Source: Chryseobacterium gleum
GTDB lineage: Bacteria > Bacteroidota > Bacteroidia > Flavobacteriales_C > GCA-002722245
Assembly: GCA_945871895.1 (NCBI GenBank)
Contig: CAMBXP010000001.1
Span: forward strand, 373-64,372
DNA length: 64,000 nt
Reading direction: 5' to 3'
Under the pieces are notes generated by a model, which worked only from the letters and a program-made list of their open reading frames with translations, searched no databases and was not told the origin of the DNA. This document shows positions 59,496-64,000 of the stretch, in pieces (within the stretch, counting starts at the first letter, position 1; the number at the start of each line of letters is the position of its first letter). A program made the translations under genes and the position numbers.

Positions 59496-60374
59496 TTAAT
59501 TTCGGATATCGTGGCCCCAATATAGCTTGTTTCTGAGGGTGCTGGCGAATGACTGACCTTGAATTCTTACGATATGGGCCTTAAATTCTTCTTTTTCAAT
59601 AATCAGTTCTGTTTTTTCATTCACCGAGGTATTTCTTGAATCTAGGGAGACCATAAATTCATTGCCTCTGCCTTCCATCACCAGCTTTATTTTTTTGCTG
59701 TCGGGTATAATCAAGGGCCGAACATTTAAGTTGTGCGGTGCGATAGGAGTAATAATAAACACCCCTGAGTTGGGCATTACGATGGGACCGTTGCAGCTTA
59801 AGGAATAGCCTGTTGAACCCGTTGGGGTAGAAACGATGAGGCCATCGGCCCAATAGGATGTAAAGTATTCATCATTGATGTAAGCGTGTACGATAATCAT
59901 AGATGAAGAATCTTTTTTATGAATGGTCAATTCATTGAGTGCGAAGTTGGTTTCGCCAAATAGATTTTCTTTGGTTACTAGCTTAAGCATGGTACGCTGA
60001 TCCATGTAAAACTCTTTGCTAAGCAAGCTTTCGATCGAATTGATGGTGTCGCTAGAAGCGATGCTCGCCAAGAATCCCAATCTACCAGTATTGATTCCAA
60101 TCACAGGGATTTCTAAATTTTTGATCAGCAATAATGATTCTAGAATAGTTCCATCGCCACCCAATGAGCAAACGAAATCAACTCCTTGCAATTCCTTATG
60201 CTCTATAAAAGTTTTGGCATTGTCAATGCCACTCAATTTGTCTTTTATTTTTTCTAAATAAGGCGCATATACTACAAACTCAATTTCTTGGTGCTGTTGA
60301 ACAAAGCGGAAGAAATTTTCAAAAATTTCTTTTTTGGCTTCATTGTATTCTTTTCCAAAGATGGCGAGTTTCAT
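59496..60374 (-). CDS. nadK: NAD kinase
   Basis: GGDGT motif (SLGGDGTILE) and the NE/D short motif. Confidence 0.85.
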   Translation of the reverse strand: MKLAIFGKEYNEAKKEIFENFFRFVQQHQEIEFVVYAPYLEKIKDKLSGIDNAKTFIEHKELQGVDFVCSLGGDGTILESLLLIKNLEIPVIGINTGRLGFLASIASSDTINSIESLLSKEFYMDQRTMLKLVTKENLFGETNFALNELTIHKKDSSSMIIVHAYINDEYFTSYWADGLIVSTPTGSTGYSLSCNGPIVMPNSGVFIITPIAPHNLNVRPLIIPDSKKIKLVMEGRGNEFMVSLDSRNTSVNEKTELIIEKEEFKAHIVRIQGQSFASTLRNKLYWGHDIRN

Positions 60375-60384
60375 AGTGTATCTT

Positions 60385-61770
60385 TTATATTGGAGCTATA
60401 AAGCTAAGATAAATACCCGATTGTCCTTTTCTATTGGCAGAAAATTCTATTCTCAATACTTTGTCGTAGTAAGTAACGAAGTCGAGTCCCACGCCATAAC
60501 CTATTAGTAAAGTATTGCTCAACGCATTGCTGGCTGTATAAACCCTATCTTTAATATATCCCGCATCGGCAAAGAGATTTAGATAGAAGGCATGATGGAA
60601 GGTGTTGAATTTCTCGAAAGGCAAATGTTTGATTTTGTAAACTCTAGGTTTGTACAATTGCCATTTAACATTCGATTTAAATACCACGAAATTAGTACCA
60701 CTAATCATATTGGGTTCGTAGCTGCGCACAAAATCATTGTTAAAGCCAAAGCCTTTCGCAATGTAGAAGGGCACCTTGTCATGCGTATATGCTCTCGCTT
60801 TCAATCCTAAGCCGTAGTAGAAACTGCCCTTTATCTTTCCGAATTTTTCAGCCAGCACCGAAAAAAGCATGGTATTGATTTTGTTTTTTGAAAAATCTAG
60901 TCCGTACTTATCGGCAGTAAACTCCAAATCGTGCCCCTTAAGTGGGTAGTTTTTAGAATCTCTTTTATCTACTCTGTACAAATATCTAAGTGTTAAATAC
61001 GAACTTTGATTTTGACCGTTGAGCAAGTAATTAGGGTTTTCATTCGTCGAAACAATGGTATCGGCAACTTTCACAAAGTCGTATTGCAAGCGAAAAAAGT
61101 GTTGTTGGTAAAGTTTATGGCGAAATACATACTCTGCATAAGTATTGAATTCCTCGCGCATAATTTCATTGGCATCTTTGTGGTAAACAATTTTGTCGTT
61201 CACGCTTTTGTAATAGATTTCGTGGCGGCGCACACTTAAAAATGATAAGTTGAGTCCGTGATTTTTCGTTTTCACCAAATACGGTATTTTGTAGAGCAAG
61301 CCAATCTCTTGCGAGTAACCAAACTTCAATTTCAACTGGATAGTTTCTTGTCGGCCCCTAAAATTGTACTGATTAAGATACAAACCGTAGCTAAACCTAT
61401 CAAAATTGCGGTATTGCAGCCAGTCGAAGGTGTTTCTATCTTCGCCCACCAATATGGGTTGAGGCCAAGTGTACCAGCGTTCTTTTACTTTAATTTTTAT
61501 GTTGATTAATTTACCATCGTAGGTAGGTTCAATAAAAACAAAATTGAATAGGGAAGTATTGATAAGGTTTTGCTGCGAGCGTAAGGCTTTCTCGCTGAAA
61601 TCGTTCAAGGAAACAACATTACCTTGATGAAAAGTTATTTCTTTTTCAATGATATAGTTTTTGGTGATTTTGTTACCCTCAATCTCAATAAGATTTACAA
61701 TGAAGGTAGAATCTTGTCCTTTCGCGACAATGCAACTCAGCAAAAGAATAAGAACTACTACATTGCGCAT
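60385..61770 (-). CDS. Omp85/BamA-family outer-membrane protein with an N-terminal POTRA
   Basis: Signal peptide, a POTRA-like segment (IVNLIEIEGNKITKNYII) and a beta-barrel C-terminal half. Confidence 0.6.
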   Translation of the reverse strand: MRNVVVLILLLSCIVAKGQDSTFIVNLIEIEGNKITKNYIIEKEITFHQGNVVSLNDFSEKALRSQQNLINTSLFNFVFIEPTYDGKLINIKIKVKERWYTWPQPILVGEDRNTFDWLQYRNFDRFSYGLYLNQYNFRGRQETIQLKLKFGYSQEIGLLYKIPYLVKTKNHGLNLSFLSVRRHEIYYKSVNDKIVYHKDANEIMREEFNTYAEYVFRHKLYQQHFFRLQYDFVKVADTIVSTNENPNYLLNGQNQSSYLTLRYLYRVDKRDSKNYPLKGHDLEFTADKYGLDFSKNKINTMLFSVLAEKFGKIKGSFYYGLGLKARAYTHDKVPFYIAKGFGFNNDFVRSYEPNMISGTNFVVFKSNVKWQLYKPRVYKIKHLPFEKFNTFHHAFYLNLFADAGYIKDRVYTASNALSNTLLIGYGVGLDFVTYYDKVLRIEFSANRKGQSGIYLSFIAPI

Positions 61771-61771
61771 T

Positions 61772-62437
61772 TTACATGTTCAAATAGTTCATGAACAAAT
61801 CGAATCGACGTTGTAAATCTTCATCAAATGTGCTTTGATGATAGCTAGCTTTAATGGTGTAGTTGAAACGCGTAAAAGTTTGAATGATGCGCGATAAATC
61901 GATGATATTTATTTTAAGTACCACTTCCAATTTCATAGAATCTGCTGGAGTTGAAGTCGCACAATTTAAAATTTTAGCGTTGTCTGATTCAACAATTTGA
62001 GCGATATGAGAAAGTGAATAATCATTGATGTTTACCTCTAAAACGATTACTCCGCCTGGTTCATTAGAGGCAGTGAATTTAGAGAAGCTATAAGCCAAAT
62101 CCATAGAAAGGATAGAGCCGCAGTAAACATTTTTATCGTCTAATACAGGAATCACTGATATTCTAGCTTCCCCCATTATTTTAATCACTTCAAAGATATG
62201 GTCGTGAACGCGCACAAAAGGACGCATTAAAGAAATCTTTTTATTTTTTATTTCCTCTGAAGTATCTTCAAAGAAATCGTAGATATCTTTGTCGGATAGG
62301 AGTCCGCAGTACTCTTCGTCTTTTACAATAGCAACGTGAGAAATTCGGAATTCATCCATCATAGAAAGAGCAGTATCTCCTGTGTCTTGAGGTTTCAAGA
62401 AAGGAAGGTCGTAGGTGATTAAATCTTGTGCTAACAC
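61772..62437 (-). CDS. CBS-domain pair protein
   Basis: Two CBS-like repeats (HVAIVKDEEYCGLLSDKDI, ISVIPVLDDKNVYCGSI). Confidence 0.65.
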   Translation of the reverse strand: MLAQDLITYDLPFLKPQDTGDTALSMMDEFRISHVAIVKDEEYCGLLSDKDIYDFFEDTSEEIKNKKISLMRPFVRVHDHIFEVIKIMGEARISVIPVLDDKNVYCGSILSMDLAYSFSKFTASNEPGGVIVLEVNINDYSLSHIAQIVESDNAKILNCATSTPADSMKLEVVLKINIIDLSRIIQTFTRFNYTIKASYHQSTFDEDLQRRFDLFMNYLNM

Positions 62438-62484
62438 GGAATAAACGAATTTAAGTACTCGGGCAAAGGTAGTATTTTTTACTT

Positions 62485-63231
62485 TTGTGCACCACTAATA
62501 AAAAAGCTATGGTAAGATTAAGCGTAAACATTAACAAAATAGCCACTTTGCGAAATTCGCGCGGCGGAGATGTGCCTAACGTTGCGCAGGTAGCGAAAGA
62601 TGCCGAGCGATTTGGGGCGCAGGGCATAACGGTGCACCCTCGACCAGATGAACGTCATATAAGATATGCCGATGTTTACGATTTAAAGAAAATTGTAAGT
62701 ACCGAGTTCAATATAGAGGGTTATCCATCTACCGATTTCATGAAGATGGTGTTGGAGGTGAGGCCAGAACAAGTAACTTTAGTGCCCGATCCTCCTGGCG
62801 CATTGACATCGAATGCTGGATGGGATGCCAAAAAGAATTTCGATTTTTTAAGTGAGGTGGTTGCAGAGTTTAAAAAACAAGGAATTCGCACTTCTGTTTT
62901 TATGGAGACAGAACTCAATCAAATAGAGTGGGCGGCGAAAACCGGAGCTGATAGAATAGAGTTGTATACTGAGGGTTACGCAACTGAATATGTTAAAAAT
63001 AAAGAAGAGGCCGTTGCTCCTTATAAAAGAGCGGCTTTAAAGGCGAGGGAATGTAGTTTGGGTTTAAATGCCGGCCACGACCTAAACTTGCAAAACTTGA
63101 AATATTTTGCAGAGGAAGTGGAGGGCTTGGATGAAGTGTCTATCGGTCATGCCCTAATCGCCGATGCTTTGTATTTCGGATTAGAGAATACTATTCAACT
63201 TTATTTACGTCAGTTGCGCCATGGAGCTTAA
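62485..63231 (+). CDS. pdxJ: Pyridoxine 5'-phosphate synthase
   Basis: [18 protein letters not shown]-terminal motif and a TIM-barrel PdxJ pattern. Confidence 0.9.
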   Translation: MCTTNKKAMVRLSVNINKIATLRNSRGGDVPNVAQVAKDAERFGAQGITVHPRPDERHIRYADVYDLKKIVSTEFNIEGYPSTDFMKMVLEVRPEQVTLVPDPPGALTSNAGWDAKKNFDFLSEVVAEFKKQGIRTSVFMETELNQIEWAAKTGADRIELYTEGYATEYVKNKEEAVAPYKRAALKARECSLGLNAGHDLNLQNLKYFAEEVEGLDEVSIGHALIADALYFGLENTIQLYLRQLRHGA

Positions 63232-63985
63232 TTTTAAAGTGTTTGGTGAAGGAGAACCTGTAATTATTTTACACGGATTTTTAGGCTCTTTAGACAATTG
63301 GCAAAGTGTGGCCAAAGATTTATCTTGTGGTTTTAAAGTGTATTTGATTGATTTGCGCAATCATGGTAAAAGTGAGCATACATCAAAACATAGCTATGCC
63401 CTGATGAGCGAAGATTTAAAAGATTTTTTTCAGCAACATAATATTACGAATGCCAGTGTCATCGGCCACTCCATGGGAGGAAAAACAGCAATGTTTTTTG
63501 CTGCGCTTAACCCAATATTGGTAGCTCAATTGGTGGTGATTGATATTGGTGTGAAGTATTATCCTCCACATCATCAAGAGGTCTTAGGAGCTTTAAATTC
63601 TATTGATTTATCTCTTGTTACAAGCCGACAAGAAGTAGAAGCGCATTTGATGCAAAAGCTTAACGATAATGGTGTGGTGCAATGGCTAATGAAAAATCTA
63701 AAAAGAGAGGGAGACGCATTTCAATGGAAATTCAATCTTAAAGATTTAAGTACTGAAATAGAAAATATAGGAGAGGCCTTGCCCGAAGAAGCAGAATTTT
63801 TGAATCCTACTTTATTTATACGTGGCGGAAACTCTCACTATGTTTTAGATGAAGATATTGAGGGTATCATGCAGCATTTCCCATTGGTGAAAATGGAAAC
63901 AATTACTAATGCCGGCCACTGGGTGCACGCCGAGCGACCGCATGAATTTAACGATGTTCTTCAAAAATTTCTTAAAAACCACTAA
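63221..63985 (+). CDS. Alpha/beta hydrolase fold protein
   Basis: GHSMGG nucleophile elbow and a C-terminal GHWVH segment. Confidence 0.75.
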   Translation: MELNFKVFGEGEPVIILHGFLGSLDNWQSVAKDLSCGFKVYLIDLRNHGKSEHTSKHSYALMSEDLKDFFQQHNITNASVIGHSMGGKTAMFFAALNPILVAQLVVIDIGVKYYPPHHQEVLGALNSIDLSLVTSRQEVEAHLMQKLNDNGVVQWLMKNLKREGDAFQWKFNLKDLSTEIENIGEALPEEAEFLNPTLFIRGGNSHYVLDEDIEGIMQHFPLVKMETITNAGHWVHAERPHEFNDVLQKFLKNH

Positions 63986-64000
63986 CTTAACCGATTCAAA

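Noticed and set aside
1-64000. tRNA, rRNA or CRISPR features
   Set aside because: No tRNA T-arm motifs (GTTCGAATC or GTTCAAATC, outside one coding occurrence in ileS) were seen. No rRNA-like segments and no regularly spaced short direct repeats were seen either.

Overview
This window looks like a Bacteroidetes chromosome: AT-rich, and Bacteroidetes-typical features include prfB with a +1 frameshift, ileS-dksA-like-lspA, the murI-skp-skp-bamA-uppS block, nadK, pdxJ and T9SS cargo. Four blocks can be read from the sequence. (1) 1-6.4 kb: the 3' end of ileS, a DksA/TraR-like zinc-finger gene, lspA, and three GDP-D-glycero-D-manno-heptose pathway genes on the minus strand (hddC-like, gmhA, hddA). 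(2) 6.5-20.7 kb: a co-directional surface-polysaccharide (O-antigen or capsule) locus with wza, wzz, wzx, capA-like, an ATP-grasp gene, a wzy/EpsG-like gene, two GT4 genes, an acyltransferase-3 gene, a hexapeptide acetyltransferase, and a WbpG-like amidotransferase with its HisH/HisF homologues. (3) 20.7-35.9 kb: a cryptic lasso-peptide-like RiPP gene cluster, and this is the most interesting part of the window. It has a B2-type leader peptidase, a PqqD-like B1, an Asn-synthetase-like lasso cyclase C, an HPr-kinase-like kinase, a sulfotransferase, a PF14907-type nucleotidyltransferase and an ABC exporter. It also carries an unannotated 36-aa paeninodin-like precursor ORF ending in Ser at 26017..26127. 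Embedded in the cluster are a P450, a 675-aa protein whose C-terminal half has squalene-cyclase-like QW repeats, a PRMT-like methyltransferase, a JmjC/cupin oxygenase and two paralogous Nif11-like small ORFs. One of these small ORFs sits next to a decayed fragment of a second QW-repeat gene. (4) 36-64 kb: housekeeping genes (asnS, nrdB/nrdA, prfB with the CTT-TGA-C recoding site, nadD, a ParE/RelE TA pair, gmk, yicC, murI, skp x2, bamA, uppS, nadK, pdxJ). A family of MITE-like palindromic repeats sits in intergenic regions, mostly between convergent gene ends.
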